DNA of 64,000 nt, from positions 1 through 64,000 of the forward strand of contig CAZJVE010000001.1 in NCBI GenBank assembly GCA_964549685.1. Reading direction: 5' to 3'. How positions within the stretch are numbered: the stretch's first letter is position 1; every line of letters starts with the position of its first letter. The stretch comes from an uncultured archaeon (lineage in GTDB: Archaea; Altiarchaeota; Altiarchaeia; IMC4; QMZM01). This document shows, one piece after another, positions 47,775 to 58,581 of the stretch. The notes beneath the pieces were generated by a model that searched no databases, had not been told where the DNA came from, and saw only the letters and a list, made by a program, of their open reading frames with translations. The position numbers and the translations under genes were made by a program.

Positions 47775-49754
47775 ATGGCAGAAGAAAAAACAACAAAGGA
47801 GAAGATTATCGGGATTGATCTTGGGACCAGTAATTCACAGGCTGCTGTGATGATGGGTGGCAAGGCAACGATTATTCCATCGGCTGAAGGCGCGACCTAT
47901 GCAGGGAAGATGTTTCCCTCGGTGGTTGCTTTTACAAAAGAGGGTCAGATGCTTGTAGGCGAACCGGCTAGAAGGCAGGCAGTGTCGAATCCTGAGGGTA
48001 CAATAACTGCTGCAAAGAGGAAGATGGGAAGCGGCCATAAGTACAGCGTCAATGGCAAGGATTACACTCCGCAACAGATTTCAGCATTCATTCTGCAGAA
48101 GATTAAGACCGATGCAGGGGCGTTTCTTGGTGAGGGCGTGAAGAAGGCCGTAATAACGGTACCTGCTTATTTCGATGATAACCAGAGGACTGCGACGAAG
48201 GATGCAGGGACTATTGCAGGTTTGGAGGTCGTTAGAATAATAAACGAGCCAACTGCCGCAGCACTTTCCTACGGCCTTGACAGAGCAGAAAAAGAGCAGA
48301 AGATAATGGTCTTCGACTTTGGAGCAGGGACTCTCGATGTTACGATAATGGAGTTCGGCGAGGGGGTCTTCGAGGTTATCTCAACATCTGGAGATACGCA
48401 GCTCGGCGGAAAGGACATGGACGAGGCCATTGTGAAATGGATTACTGATGAATTCAAGACGGAAAGCGGCGTCGATTTAAGCGCTGATAAGATGGCGACG
48501 CAGAGGGTAGCCGAGGCGGCGGAGAAGGCGAAAATCGAGCTTTCTACTGTCCTGGAGACGGAGATAAATCTGCCATATGTTACTGCCGATGCATCTGGAC
48601 CAAAGCATCTCACGAAGAAGGTGACGAGGGCGCAGCTGGAGAAGTTGGTTGGTCCGATAGTCGATAAGTGTAAGAGTTCCATGGAGCAGGCGATGAACGA
48701 TGCGAAGCTGGGTAAAGAGGGCATAACGAAGGTGATTCTCGTTGGAGGCCCTACCAGGATGCCAATCGTGCAGAAATTCGTCGAGGACTTTGTTGGAAAG
48801 AAGGGCGAGGGTGGAGTCGACCCCATGGAATGCGTTGCGATGGGAGCTGCGATACAGGGCGGCGTTCTTGCCGGAGAGGTGAAGGATATTGTTCTGCTGG
48901 ATGTTACGCCATTGACCCTGGGAATAGAGACCCTTGGGGCAGTGGCAACAGCACTGATTCCGAGGAATACCACAATCCCGACGAAGAAGAGCCAGATTTT
49001 TACCACTGCTGCGGATATGCAGACTGCAGTTACAATCAATGTAGTGCAGGGGGAGAGGCCGATGGTTGCTGACAATACGAGTCTGGGGCAGTTCAACCTG
49101 GTTGGAATTCCCCCGGCGCCGAGAGGGGTGCCGCAGGTTGAGGTTACCTTTGATATCGATGCCAACGGAATTCTCAACGTTCATGCAAAGGACCTTGGGA
49201 CAGGGAACGAACAGAAGATTACCATCACTGCATCGACGAAGCTGTCTAAAGATGAGATAGACAGGATGATGAAGCAGGCAGAGGAGCACGCGGATGAGGA
49301 TAAGAAGAAAAAGGAGGAGATAGAGGTCAGGAATAGTGCGGACTCGATGGTTTATGCTACTGAAAAGACGCTGTCCGAGATGGGTGACAAGGTTGCTAGT
49401 GAGCAGAAGGAAAAGATTGATGGTGCATTGAAAGCCCTGAAGGAGGCGCTTGCAGGGACAGATAATGAGGCCATAAAGGCAAAGACCGAGGAGCTGAGCA
49501 AGGTCTTGCAAGAGGTTGGAGCTTCGATTTATCAACAGGCCCAGGCCGCGCAGCAGGCCCAGCAGCAGGCTCAGGGTGGACAGCAGGCTGGTGGAGAGCA
49601 GACAACCACCGAGCAGGGCGAAGAGGTGGTCGACGCTGACTACACGGTGGTGGACGAAGAGAAGAAAGAGGGCGAAGGTGCGCAGGCCGGAGAGGGTACA
49701 GGGACCCAGGCAGGAGAGCAGACAGATAACCAGACAGAAGCGCCCAAGGAATGA
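47775..49754 (+). CDS. dnaK: Chaperone DnaK
   Basis: [37 protein letters not shown]. Confidence 0.97.
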   Translation: MAEEKTTKEKIIGIDLGTSNSQAAVMMGGKATIIPSAEGATYAGKMFPSVVAFTKEGQMLVGEPARRQAVSNPEGTITAAKRKMGSGHKYSVNGKDYTPQQISAFILQKIKTDAGAFLGEGVKKAVITVPAYFDDNQRTATKDAGTIAGLEVVRIINEPTAAALSYGLDRAEKEQKIMVFDFGAGTLDVTIMEFGEGVFEVISTSGDTQLGGKDMDEAIVKWITDEFKTESGVDLSADKMATQRVAEAAEKAKIELSTVLETEINLPYVTADASGPKHLTKKVTRAQLEKLVGPIVDKCKSSMEQAMNDAKLGKEGITKVILVGGPTRMPIVQKFVEDFVGKKGEGGVDPMECVAMGAAIQGGVLAGEVKDIVLLDVTPLTLGIETLGAVATALIPRNTTIPTKKSQIFTTAADMQTAVTINVVQGERPMVADNTSLGQFNLVGIPPAPRGVPQVEVTFDIDANGILNVHAKDLGTGNEQKITITASTKLSKDEIDRMMKQAEEHADEDKKKKEEIEVRNSADSMVYATEKTLSEMGDKVASEQKEKIDGALKALKEALAGTDNEAIKAKTEELSKVLQEVGASIYQQAQAAQQAQQQAQGGQQAGGEQTTTEQGEEVVDADYTVVDEEKKEGEGAQAGEGTGTQAGEQTDNQTEAPKE

Positions 49755-50956
49755 ATTCCCTCATCACCGAGACCCCGGAATTCCAGCAGCTGGTGACCTT
49801 CGAGCTGTGTAAGAGAAGGCCAATCTACAACTGGTTCTACTACAAGGAGGGCTTTGCCCCCGAGCTGGTGTGGGAGCTGCTTGAGAGGTTTGAGGTTCCG
49901 AAAGGAGCGACTGTTCTGGACCCGTTCTGCGGGACCGGGACTTCTTTGCTTGCGGCTGCGCAGAAGGGATATAATGCGGTGGGCTTTGACATTACGCCGC
50001 TTGCTGTTTTTGTTTCCAATACTAAATTGCAGCAGGGCTATGACCTCAAGCTGCTGAAGGAGGAGATTGACAAAATTTCACAGCTGAAGTTCGGGGATAC
50101 AAAGCTCAAGTGGCCCGACCTCGGATTCATCGAGATAAGGAAGGCGTTCAGTAGGTATGCGAGAAACGATTTGCTTTTCTTCAAGGAGAAGATTCTTGAG
50201 ATAAATGATGAAAAAATAAGGAATTTTCTGTTTCTGGGGTTGCTGAGCATTGTGATGGAGTCCAGCAACGTCAAAAGGGACGGCGGGGTTCTCAGGGTTG
50301 TGAAGAAGAGGCATCTTCCGCCAGTAAGAAAGCTGCTGAGGAACAGGCTGAAGAGGATGTACAAGGACCTGGTGAAGGGCGAGGAATTCCTCGGGGGAAT
50401 TCATGCTGAAGCCAGGTTGGGGGATTCCAGAAATTTGCCCTTGGACAAAGATAGTGTAGAATTTTGTATTACCTCTCCACCGTATCTGAACTGGGTTGAT
50501 TATACCAAGATTTACGCGCTGGAGATGGCGCTGCTCATGGACGCAGATGAGATAAAGAGGGCGCGTTCCGATTCGCTGCGCTCATACATCGGGGCGAAGG
50601 AGCCTAAGGACTTCAAGGTTGAGTCAAAGCACCTCAACGAGCTGTTCGGGAAGCTGGAAGAGCTGCCTGAATCCAGCAAACCTCCCGCGATAATGAGGGG
50701 CTACTTCGAGGACCTCTTTATGAACCTCGAATCCATTTATAATTCATTGAAGCCGGAAGGGAAGGCCGCGATAGTCATAGGAAATTCCTGTCTTCCTAAT
50801 TTAGATATAAACTCAGACCTTATCCTTGCGGAGATGGGAGAGGGAATCGGATTTGAGGTGGAGGGGGTTTGGTCTTCCAATACGAGGGTTTGCAAATTCC
50901 CAGGCATGAAGACCAGCAGGCCGGTGAGGGAGAGCATCGTTATCCTGAAAAAATGA
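49751..50956 (+). CDS. DNA amino-methyltransferase, probably N4-cytosine (motif I before motif IV)
   Basis: [24 protein letters not shown]. Confidence 0.82.
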   Translation: MNSLITETPEFQQLVTFELCKRRPIYNWFYYKEGFAPELVWELLERFEVPKGATVLDPFCGTGTSLLAAAQKGYNAVGFDITPLAVFVSNTKLQQGYDLKLLKEEIDKISQLKFGDTKLKWPDLGFIEIRKAFSRYARNDLLFFKEKILEINDEKIRNFLFLGLLSIVMESSNVKRDGGVLRVVKKRHLPPVRKLLRNRLKRMYKDLVKGEEFLGGIHAEARLGDSRNLPLDKDSVEFCITSPPYLNWVDYTKIYALEMALLMDADEIKRARSDSLRSYIGAKEPKDFKVESKHLNELFGKLEELPESSKPPAIMRGYFEDLFMNLESIYNSLKPEGKAAIVIGNSCLPNLDINSDLILAEMGEGIGFEVEGVWSSNTRVCKFPGMKTSRPVRESIVILKK

Positions 50957-52089
50957 CAAAGAGAGATTATTACGAGGTTCTTGGCATCGGGAAGAATGCC
51001 GGTAAAGGGGAAATAAAGAAGGCCTACAGAAAGCTGGCCAGGAAGTATCATCCAGATGTTAATAAGGATGCCGGTGCTGAGAATAAATTCAAGGAGGTGT
51101 CTGAGGCATATGAGGTTCTGGCTGACGATAACAAGAAGGCGAACTATGACAGGTTCGGCCATGCGGGAGCGCAGGCAGGATTCAGCGGTGGCGGATTCTC
51201 GTGGAATGATTTCAGCCACTTCGATGATATCTCTGACATATTCGGAAGGGACTTCTTCGGCAGGGATATATTCGACGTGTTCTTTGGGGGGCAGGGTAGG
51301 AGAAGGGGCTCCAGTGCAAGGAGGGGCTCGGATGTCAGATATGACATGGAAATAGACCTGGAGGAGGCCGCGTTTGGAGCTGAAAGGGAAATATCGGTAA
51401 GAAGGAATGAGACCTGCGATGACTGCAAGGGCTCAGGGGCAAAGTCAGCATCTGATATAGTTAGCTGTCCGTCATGCAATGGGGCCGGGCAGCTCAAGCA
51501 GGCCAGGAGGACTCCGTTCGGGCAGTTCGTTACCGTAACAGCGTGCAATGAGTGTAAGGGTAGGGGTAGAATCATAAAGAAGCCCTGCACCAGGTGCGAG
51601 GGTACGGGGAGAAAATCAAGGAGTAGAAAAATATCGGTAAAGATTCCCGCCGGGGTTGAGTCCGGCTCGTATCTGAGGCTTCACGAGGAGGGCGATTCAG
51701 GGGTAAAGGGCGGCTCTTCCGGCGATTTGTATGTTGTGATTCACGTAAAGCCGCATAATGAATTCATGAGAGAAGGTAGCGATATAGTGTATGAGTTACC
51801 CATAAGCTTTTCGCAGGCTGCCCTTGGCGATGAAGTAGAGGTTCCAACGCTGAGGGAAAGGGTAACGATGAGGATTCCTGCCGGGACGCAGACAGGGACT
51901 CTCTTCAAGCTGAAGGGCGAGGGGATTCAGAAGCTGCATGGGAGAGGTAGGGGGGATGAGCTTGTCAGGGTCAGGGTTGTGACTCCGGATAAATTGAGTA
52001 AAAGAGATAAGGAGCTCTTCAGGGAACTGGTGGGGGAAAAAGGCGGTAAGGGTGTTGTCGAGAGCATAAAGGAGAAACTTAACGTTTAG
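50953..52089 (+). CDS. dnaJ: Chaperone DnaJ
   Basis: DYYEVLG, HPD, G/F region, four CxxCxGxG; start at MTKRD. Confidence 0.96.
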   Translation: MTKRDYYEVLGIGKNAGKGEIKKAYRKLARKYHPDVNKDAGAENKFKEVSEAYEVLADDNKKANYDRFGHAGAQAGFSGGGFSWNDFSHFDDISDIFGRDFFGRDIFDVFFGGQGRRRGSSARRGSDVRYDMEIDLEEAAFGAEREISVRRNETCDDCKGSGAKSASDIVSCPSCNGAGQLKQARRTPFGQFVTVTACNECKGRGRIIKKPCTRCEGTGRKSRSRKISVKIPAGVESGSYLRLHEEGDSGVKGGSSGDLYVVIHVKPHNEFMREGSDIVYELPISFSQAALGDEVEVPTLRERVTMRIPAGTQTGTLFKLKGEGIQKLHGRGRGDELVRVRVVTPDKLSKRDKELFRELVGEKGGKGVVESIKEKLNV

Positions 52090-52113
52090 TATGCAGAATA
52101 ATTAATAAGAAGA

Positions 52114-52281
52114 ATGTCACTCAGGGAGAACAAGAAGGAAAGGGGGAAGAGGACGGATAAGGAGAACAGGATAATCATGATTGCGATTGTCGCGGCAATC
52201 CTATTGTTTATCCTGTGGTGGCTCTATGGCTACCACTTTGTCGTTGTTCCTTCGGGAGAACTGAGTTTTAGAGCGCCGTGA
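52114..52281 (+). CDS. Small single-TM protein (55 aa, below the ORF track cutoff)
   Basis: MSLRENKKERGKRTDKENRIIMIAIVAAILLFILWWLYG...; basic N-terminus then TM. Confidence 0.55.
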   Translation: MSLRENKKERGKRTDKENRIIMIAIVAAILLFILWWLYGYHFVVVPSGELSFRAP

Positions 52282-52283
52282 TT

Positions 52284-52979
52284 TTACAGATATCTGGCTA
52301 CGAAAGTCAGGAGTGCCTTCTTTAGTAGTGGTGCTGATAATAGCAGGGAGAGAACGATTTCTGTTGTGCCTGCTCCGGTTAGGAGGAAGTGTACCGTGGA
52401 GGGTATCGCTCCACCGCCTATGAGAGTGGTGAGCTTTGCCGGATACCTTCCATAGAGAATCAGGATTAGGCCCCAGAGGGACGCTGCGAAAAAGATGACA
52501 GACATTGCGTGTCCGATTTGTTCGGTGAATTTTCCGATTTCGTATGAATTCTCTACAACTCCAAGGCCTCTGAATATTACGCTCCAGTCGTGCGATTCCC
52601 TTGTCAGTGGCATGTTCAAAAAGCCCGTGCCAGAGGGGTTTTCCGCCGACTGCATGTAGACTCCGTTGTTCTGTATGCTCATCCCGGCGCACATCAGGAG
52701 GATGATGCCTGCCAGATAAATCTCTTTCTTCCTGAAGCAGATTAGCGCAGGGACTGCTGTGAAAAGGAGCTCGTTCAGCATGCCTCCAAAGGAGCAGAGC
52801 ATCCTGCTTCCAAAGATGCAGAAAAATCCATGGCCTGCTTCGTGGACCCATACTATGACTAGCATGTAGAAGAGATTCATCGGGAGGCCGACTATGATGG
52901 CGAAGATTGCCGGGACTATGAAACTCAGAAAGAGCATTCCGTTCAGCAGCTTGTATTCCTCGGCTTTTTTCCCTTTCAC
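52284..52979 (-). CDS. Membrane zinc metallopeptidase-like (M50-like) protein
   Basis: HEAGH within a TM segment; HDW motif. Confidence 0.7.
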   Translation of the reverse strand: MKGKKAEEYKLLNGMLFLSFIVPAIFAIIVGLPMNLFYMLVIVWVHEAGHGFFCIFGSRMLCSFGGMLNELLFTAVPALICFRKKEIYLAGIILLMCAGMSIQNNGVYMQSAENPSGTGFLNMPLTRESHDWSVIFRGLGVVENSYEIGKFTEQIGHAMSVIFFAASLWGLILILYGRYPAKLTTLIGGGAIPSTVHFLLTGAGTTEIVLSLLLSAPLLKKALLTFVARYL

Positions 52980-53012
52980 ATTATTTATTGGAGAAGGGAA
53001 TAAAATTAATTC

Positions 53013-53642
53013 ATGGTGATAAAATCAAAGTTCGAAACTGATGAGATTTCGACGAGGATAGGGCTGATATTCTCGGAGTTCGGTCTCTCTCCCGACGCAT
53101 GGACCCTCCTTTCACTGGTCCCTGCCGTGCTTGGGTTTTTTGCCCTGGTCAATAAAGACCTTCCTCTCGCTCTGGTGTTGTTCCTTCTTTCAGGCTTTCT
53201 GGATGCGGTGGATGGGGCGGTTGCGAAATTTACCGGGACTGCCACGGCGTTTGGGGCCTTTCTTGACGGAGTGGTAGACAGGTATGTGGAGATCCTTCTC
53301 TATCTTGGTCTGCTGTCCTACGGGATTGGTTCAGTGTGGATAGCTGGCTCCATATGGATAGACGGCTCGGCATTGATAGCCGTCCTTATCTTTGGAGCTA
53401 TGATGACCTCCTATATGAGGGCCTATGCAGACCATAGGGGGGTGGTTACAGAACCGCACAGGCACAAGGAGATGGGTGGTCTCTTGGAGAGGCCGGAAAG
53501 ATTATCTCTCATCTATCTGGGGATGTTCCTTGCCAATTATTATCAGCCAGACTTCCTCCAGTTCTCCGTAATCATGGCAGGAATTCTTGCCAATCTCACA
53601 GCAATCCAGAGATTTTACTATGTTGTGGAAAATGCTAGGTAG
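53013..53642 (+). CDS. CDP-alcohol phosphatidyltransferase (archaetidylinositol phosphate synthase-like)
   Basis: DAVDGAVAK...GAFLDGVVDRY; SYMRA; GLLERPER. Confidence 0.9.
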   Translation: MVIKSKFETDEISTRIGLIFSEFGLSPDAWTLLSLVPAVLGFFALVNKDLPLALVLFLLSGFLDAVDGAVAKFTGTATAFGAFLDGVVDRYVEILLYLGLLSYGIGSVWIAGSIWIDGSALIAVLIFGAMMTSYMRAYADHRGVVTEPHRHKEMGGLLERPERLSLIYLGMFLANYYQPDFLQFSVIMAGILANLTAIQRFYYVVENAR

Positions 53643-53680
53643 CATAGGCATATTTATAAATCGCCTCCCATTACCTATTT

Positions 53681-54148
53681 ATGACTGATTCTTTCAGCCC
53701 GGAGAAGCTTAATCCAAATCAACTCTCAAGGAAGCTGTTGGAAAAGCACAGGAGAATGTTCGATGACTATCATAGGGAATTCGAGATAAGACAGAAGGTG
53801 TCCGTATTGAGCGAAAAGGGAGATCTCCTGGAGCACTGGATAAAATCCGCAGAAGAGGATGGTTCCAACGACTACGAGAAGTACAAGAAGGACAAGGAGA
53901 TGGTCGGCCGGGAGATATCATCACTGGTTAGTGAGCTCCGGGACATGAGTCTTCAGGACGTAAAGAGTGAATCAAAGGATGAAACAGAGAAAAGATATTC
54001 TTTCCTTGAGGAAAGGATTGGTGCTCATAAGGAAGCGATAGACTATTGGAATGGCAGAGTCAAGGAATTATCCAAAAAGAAAAAGGTTAGTGGGGGCAAA
54101 GAAAAAGGAACAAAGGATTCAAAGAGGAGAAAGGCGAAGAAGAGATGA
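53681..54148 (+). CDS. Hypothetical coiled-coil protein
   Basis: Charged helical ORF coupled to the next gene. Confidence 0.65.
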   Translation: MTDSFSPEKLNPNQLSRKLLEKHRRMFDDYHREFEIRQKVSVLSEKGDLLEHWIKSAEEDGSNDYEKYKKDKEMVGREISSLVSELRDMSLQDVKSESKDETEKRYSFLEERIGAHKEAIDYWNGRVKELSKKKKVSGGKEKGTKDSKRRKAKKR

Positions 54149-55056
54149 ACGAAAAAGAGCTTAAGAAGAAAATCAACGGGTTGAGGAATGAGATAGACCA
54201 CAAAAACAAAAAGCTAAAGGATATTTATCACGAGCTTGGGTTCCATAGGAGGGATGCCGACACTCTAAGGACGAAAAGAGACCAGTTCAATGAAAAGGCA
54301 AAAAAGCTCAGGCAAGAAGCAAAGTCGTTTGTAGCCAAAAGGGACAAGGTGAACGAGGACATAGGCAAGCTGAAGAATAAAAGAGCTTCTTTTATAGAGA
54401 AGATAAAGACGCTTACGAGAGATATAAAGGAGACAAAAGGCTACAGGGACGAGCTGAACAGGATAGCAAGAGCACCGGATACTCTACTTACTGAGATTTA
54501 CCATAGAGATATTGAAAAGCTACTGGAGAAGGACATGCCTATAGAGGATGAAATAAGGCTGTTCGACAAGATATTCGAGGTGAAGGACCGCCTTCTGGCT
54601 GCAAAGAAGGCCGACACGGTTCATGGAAAGGTCTCTTCAACCTACGAGGAGGTCAAGAAACTGAACCTGAACATAGACAAGATTAACGAGTCCATCCAGT
54701 CTCTTGCAGAGGAATCGCAGGAGAACCACCAGAGGGCAATGAGTATCTACAAGGAGATAGACGTCATCTCTGAAGAGTCAACCCAGTCACACAAGAAACT
54801 GGTGGAGAAATACGAGCTGATGAACCCCCTTAGAGACCAGATAGGTTCAATGAAGGAGGAGATTAAGGGCGTTCAGGAGAAACTGGCCCCCTTCGTCGAG
54901 GAATGGGAGAAGATAAGGCACGAAAGGGAGGAGCGGAAGAAGAGCCAGGACGCGCTTAAGGCAAAGGAGAAGCTGCATAGCAAGAAGAGGATAAGCATAG
55001 ACGACTTCAGAGTGCTTTTGGAGAAGAACGAGCTTGAGCTGCCGGTTGCCGAATGA
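54145..55056 (+). CDS. Archaeal coiled-coil protein (COG1340-like)
   Basis: KRDQFN..KRDKVN..RDELN heptads; C-terminal KKRISIDDF. Confidence 0.75.
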   Translation: MNEKELKKKINGLRNEIDHKNKKLKDIYHELGFHRRDADTLRTKRDQFNEKAKKLRQEAKSFVAKRDKVNEDIGKLKNKRASFIEKIKTLTRDIKETKGYRDELNRIARAPDTLLTEIYHRDIEKLLEKDMPIEDEIRLFDKIFEVKDRLLAAKKADTVHGKVSSTYEEVKKLNLNIDKINESIQSLAEESQENHQRAMSIYKEIDVISEESTQSHKKLVEKYELMNPLRDQIGSMKEEIKGVQEKLAPFVEEWEKIRHEREERKKSQDALKAKEKLHSKKRISIDDFRVLLEKNELELPVAE

Positions 55057-56199
55057 TTATCCCTTAATGAATTCTATTTCTTCTGAATTGAGGCCGTATT
55101 CTTTCACTAGTTCTTCCTCGCTCAGTTTGTTCTTCCTGAGCATTGTCTGGAGTAGAGGTATGTACTGCTGTGCTATGACCTTCCCGGACGCATGGAACTC
55201 GGGGGAGAGCTTCCCCGCTATTGACTTCTTCATTGCTCTTTCCTTCTTCGTATGGCCCAGCTTTGCGAAATACAACGGAAACTGATACCTTGTGAAATTC
55301 ACTTTCTGATTCTTGGATATGTTTACTCCCCCAGTCATCAGGGGCGTCACGTATCTCAGGAAACCCCAGTACTGCCTCCTGATGATTCTTCCAAGGAAGA
55401 CATCTGCCCTTGAGACGTAGTGATATGCCTTGGCTATCTCCTCTTTGCTCCTGTATATCCTCGGGAGGTTCTCGTCTATCCACAGGAGGACATCCCTTGG
55501 CTGCTCGTTCAGGTTCCAGGTGGATTGAATAGCTTGTTTGAAGTCGCTTTTTGTAAGGACCTTGCTCAGGACTTCATAGATGTCGGTCGTCCTGTCCCTG
55601 GGGCTGAGGAGTTCAAGATCCTTTTCTTCTATTCTTTGCTTGCCCATGCCAACGGTCTGTAGGTCATTTATGGCCGACCTTATATCTCCACCGGAATTCT
55701 CGGCAATCCTCAGGAGAATCTCCTTGTCTGCATGGATTCCCTCCTTCTCACATATCGCCTCCAGCATATTCCTTATCGTCGCCGCCATTGGCTTTCTGAA
55801 CTGGAGCTTCTCGCAGGATTTTTTTATTGTCTTGAGCCTTCTTGATGAGAAATCCGAGGTTATGAGGATGGTGGGGTTCCTTGTCTTTTCCAGCAGTAGG
55901 GGGACCTTCTTTATGTTGCCAATCTTCTCTACGTGGTCTATCAGGATAAGTTTCTTTCCCCCGAAGATGCTTGAGCTCTGTGATGCAATTATCGCGGAAT
56001 CCAGGTTCTCGTTCCTTACACGGAGTATCTCAAGTTCAAGCTCCTTTGCTATAGCCTCCGCAAAGGCTGTCTTTCCCACTCCAGTCGAGCCGTGAATCAG
56101 CAATGGCTTTTTCCAGCCGTAACTTCTTATGTCCTGAATCAGCTTCTGATTCCCAACGAACTCGTGAAAATTCCTTGGTTTGTATTTTTCCGACCACAT
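55057..56199 (-). CDS. rfcL: Replication factor C large subunit
   Basis: WSEKYKP, GSTGVGKT, GDIRSAINDLQ, WIDENLP, SRADVFLGRI. Confidence 0.9.
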   Translation of the reverse strand: MWSEKYKPRNFHEFVGNQKLIQDIRSYGWKKPLLIHGSTGVGKTAFAEAIAKELELEILRVRNENLDSAIIASQSSSIFGGKKLILIDHVEKIGNIKKVPLLLEKTRNPTILITSDFSSRRLKTIKKSCEKLQFRKPMAATIRNMLEAICEKEGIHADKEILLRIAENSGGDIRSAINDLQTVGMGKQRIEEKDLELLSPRDRTTDIYEVLSKVLTKSDFKQAIQSTWNLNEQPRDVLLWIDENLPRIYRSKEEIAKAYHYVSRADVFLGRIIRRQYWGFLRYVTPLMTGGVNISKNQKVNFTRYQFPLYFAKLGHTKKERAMKKSIAGKLSPEFHASGKVIAQQYIPLLQTMLRKNKLSEEELVKEYGLNSEEIEFIKG

Positions 56200-56266
56200 A
56201 TTCAGATGATTAGGTTTTTATATGTAAAACTATTAAGTAGTATTAACGATTACTGAAGTGATAAAA

Positions 56267-57202
56267 ATGGAACTTGGCGAATTGTCAATATTGCAGGGGC
56301 TTTTGATTAATATCTTCTGGCTTTTACTGGCCTTTATACTGGGTTATGTTCTTGGCTATGTTGTCTCGAACGTAATCAAGAAGCTGCTTACCATAAATAA
56401 ACTGGAAAAGGGCCTTGTGAGATACGGGGCAGTGACATCCGAGCTGTGGGCTTCGATAGTCAGCTTCGTGGCACAGTCCACAAAGTGGTGGTTTGTAATC
56501 CTGATAGTCGTTTCAGCGTACCAGAACGCATTCCAGGTGGACTCAATACAAGACCCCATAGTCATGTTCTTCTACTTCGTGAACAGTCTCCTTCTGTTGG
56601 CCCTCCTTACGGTCGGGGGACTGCTTCTTGGAGGAGTGCTCTACAAGATAACGAAGGATTTCCTGATAAGTATCGGTCTCGAGTCCGAGCTGGGGAAGCA
56701 CAGGGTTGCCGACTCCATCGGCGGGATTCCAATCTCGAACATACTAGCGTCAATTGTCAAATGGTACACCGTGCTGGTTTTCATATGGCAGGGTCTCGTT
56801 ATATTCAACGCGCCCTTCAGCATATCTCCGGAATTCAACAAGCTTGGGATGGTAATGGAAGGTGTCCTTGTGGGTTATGTCCCGGAGGCAATACTCGGGC
56901 TTCTTGTCTTGATAGTCTCCCTCATAATAGCGGACTTTGCAGGGAGCAATATAAGGAAGAGAAACGTCAGTTTCGGAGAGGTTCTGGCCATGGGTGCCGA
57001 GACAATAATAGTCTTCTTCGGAGCAGTTCTCGCATTGCCGAAATTTGGAATCCATAACGTATCGATACTTGAAGACTCGTTCAAGATTCTGATGATTGGA
57101 ATCTCTATCGGACTGGCTATTGCAATGGGCCTGGGCCTTAAAGATGTGGTTGCAGATGCAGGGAAGGCCTATGGGAAGGGGATTATTAAGGGGAAGAAAT
57201 AA
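56267..57202 (+). CDS. TM-helix repeat membrane protein (CmpX/MscS TM-like)
   Basis: Many TMs; GYVPEAILG; AIAMGLGLKD. Confidence 0.7.
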   Translation: MELGELSILQGLLINIFWLLLAFILGYVLGYVVSNVIKKLLTINKLEKGLVRYGAVTSELWASIVSFVAQSTKWWFVILIVVSAYQNAFQVDSIQDPIVMFFYFVNSLLLLALLTVGGLLLGGVLYKITKDFLISIGLESELGKHRVADSIGGIPISNILASIVKWYTVLVFIWQGLVIFNAPFSISPEFNKLGMVMEGVLVGYVPEAILGLLVLIVSLIIADFAGSNIRKRNVSFGEVLAMGAETIIVFFGAVLALPKFGIHNVSILEDSFKILMIGISIGLAIAMGLGLKDVVADAGKAYGKGIIKGKK

Positions 57203-57227
57203 TCGTTACGCTATCATGGGGTGATTA

Positions 57228-57686
57228 ATGAGAATAAAGGGTCAGGGCGCTATAGAATACCTTGTGACCTACGGCTGGACAATACTCGTAGCGATGATTA
57301 TTGGCATTGTCCTGTGGCACCTGGGTGTCTTTGAAAAGGGTCCAAGTGCTGTGAACACAGCAAGCGGTTTTAGGAAGATTAAGCCAATGGAACAAAGCAT
57401 AAAATATACGGAGTCGGGCTCATTTAGTTTTTCACTCATGAACGGTATGGGGCAGGATATACGTGACGTCAATATTGTTTCAGCGAGTGATGATTGTAGC
57501 GGCCAAACCGCTACGATTGAGAGTATGGGTCCTGGAGAGGTGAAGCCTGTAAGCCTGGGTTGTAAAAGCAAGACCACAGGTCAGTCCTTCAGTACCCTCC
57601 TGACACTTGAGTATGAAAGCACCATTGCCGATGTAAAGATGGTGCGTATAGAAACAGGAACAATAAGAGGTGTTGCAGAACCTTAG
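57228..57686 (+). CDS. Archaeal type IV pilin-like protein
   Basis: Class III signal KG|QGAIEYLVTYGWTIL. Confidence 0.82.
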   Translation: MRIKGQGAIEYLVTYGWTILVAMIIGIVLWHLGVFEKGPSAVNTASGFRKIKPMEQSIKYTESGSFSFSLMNGMGQDIRDVNIVSASDDCSGQTATIESMGPGEVKPVSLGCKSKTTGQSFSTLLTLEYESTIADVKMVRIETGTIRGVAEP

Positions 57687-57715
57687 TTACATATAACAAA
57701 ATGGAGGGATAAAAA

Positions 57716-57970
57716 ATGAATCAAAGTATGATGACGGGATATGCAGTAGTGGTAATGGGAATTGTAATTGTAATGTACGCCGTGGCTGCTGCAGCGACAG
57801 GACAGCCCTTTGCTGAGAAGAATGCCAGTGCCCTCTTGAGCTTTGGTGGATTTATAACGGCCATCGGTTTTATAACCGCTGGTTTTTGGTCCAGCGAGAA
57901 CGATATTCTCAGGACAGGGCTTATGCTGATAGGCGGGGCCACGATAATTGCAATGATGGTTCTGCTTTAG
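57716..57970 (+). CDS. Small 3-TM membrane protein
   Basis: GGAGG RBS upstream; three hydrophobic segments. Confidence 0.65.
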   Translation: MNQSMMTGYAVVVMGIVIVMYAVAAAATGQPFAEKNASALLSFGGFITAIGFITAGFWSSENDILRTGLMLIGGATIIAMMVLL

Positions 57971-58005
57971 GGTAGATATCCCAATATATAACCGGGAGGT
58001 ATAGA

Positions 58006-58581
58006 ATGGATACCAAAGATAGTCAGGAGGGTATATCACTCAGAGAGAAGGTCAATCTTATGAATATCTTTGTCCTTTTCTCAGCGCTGGGCTTTATCTT
58101 CTCTACCTTCAAGCCAAGGGATTTTGTATGGCTGATACTTGTCGAGTGTTCCATTCTATGGTTTCTCATTGAGTTCTACCACAACAGAAATAATCCCAGG
58201 GCATTAAAGAAGGCAGGTATAATGGGCCTTTCCCTGATGCTTATCGGGTTTGTGGCCGAGAATGTCGGAGGGGCTCTTGGGCTGTGGCGCATATTAGAGA
58301 GCCTGTTATTCATAGGTTATATGCCAATAGAGGCGATACTTATCTGTTTCCTTGTTGGTTTCGCATGGTCGCTCTATCTGCCCAGGGAATTTAATAAGAA
58401 TTACTCGCTCTACGATGTTCTCCTGTTTTCTATCTTTGGTACTCTTGGCGAGATTGCTCTTGTAAAGAACGGCATTATGGAGTATAGCGATGGCTGGGGG
58501 ACCCCCTTCGTATTTGCAGGGTTTCTGCTGATATGGATCCTGCTGCATATCATGAATTATAAAGTTCTTCGGGATTTCTGA
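58006..58581 (+). CDS. Multi-TM hypothetical protein
   Basis: Hydrophobic ORF; GGGAGG RBS upstream. Confidence 0.65.
   Translation: MDTKDSQEGISLREKVNLMNIFVLFSALGFIFSTFKPRDFVWLILVECSILWFLIEFYHNRNNPRALKKAGIMGLSLMLIGFVAENVGGALGLWRILESLLFIGYMPIEAILICFLVGFAWSLYLPREFNKNYSLYDVLLFSIFGTLGEIALVKNGIMEYSDGWGTPFVFAGFLLIWILLHIMNYKVLRDF

Noticed and set aside
48269-49535. Long antisense ORFs opposite dnaK (and opposite other genes)
   Set aside because: Shadow frames of codon-biased genes; no motifs
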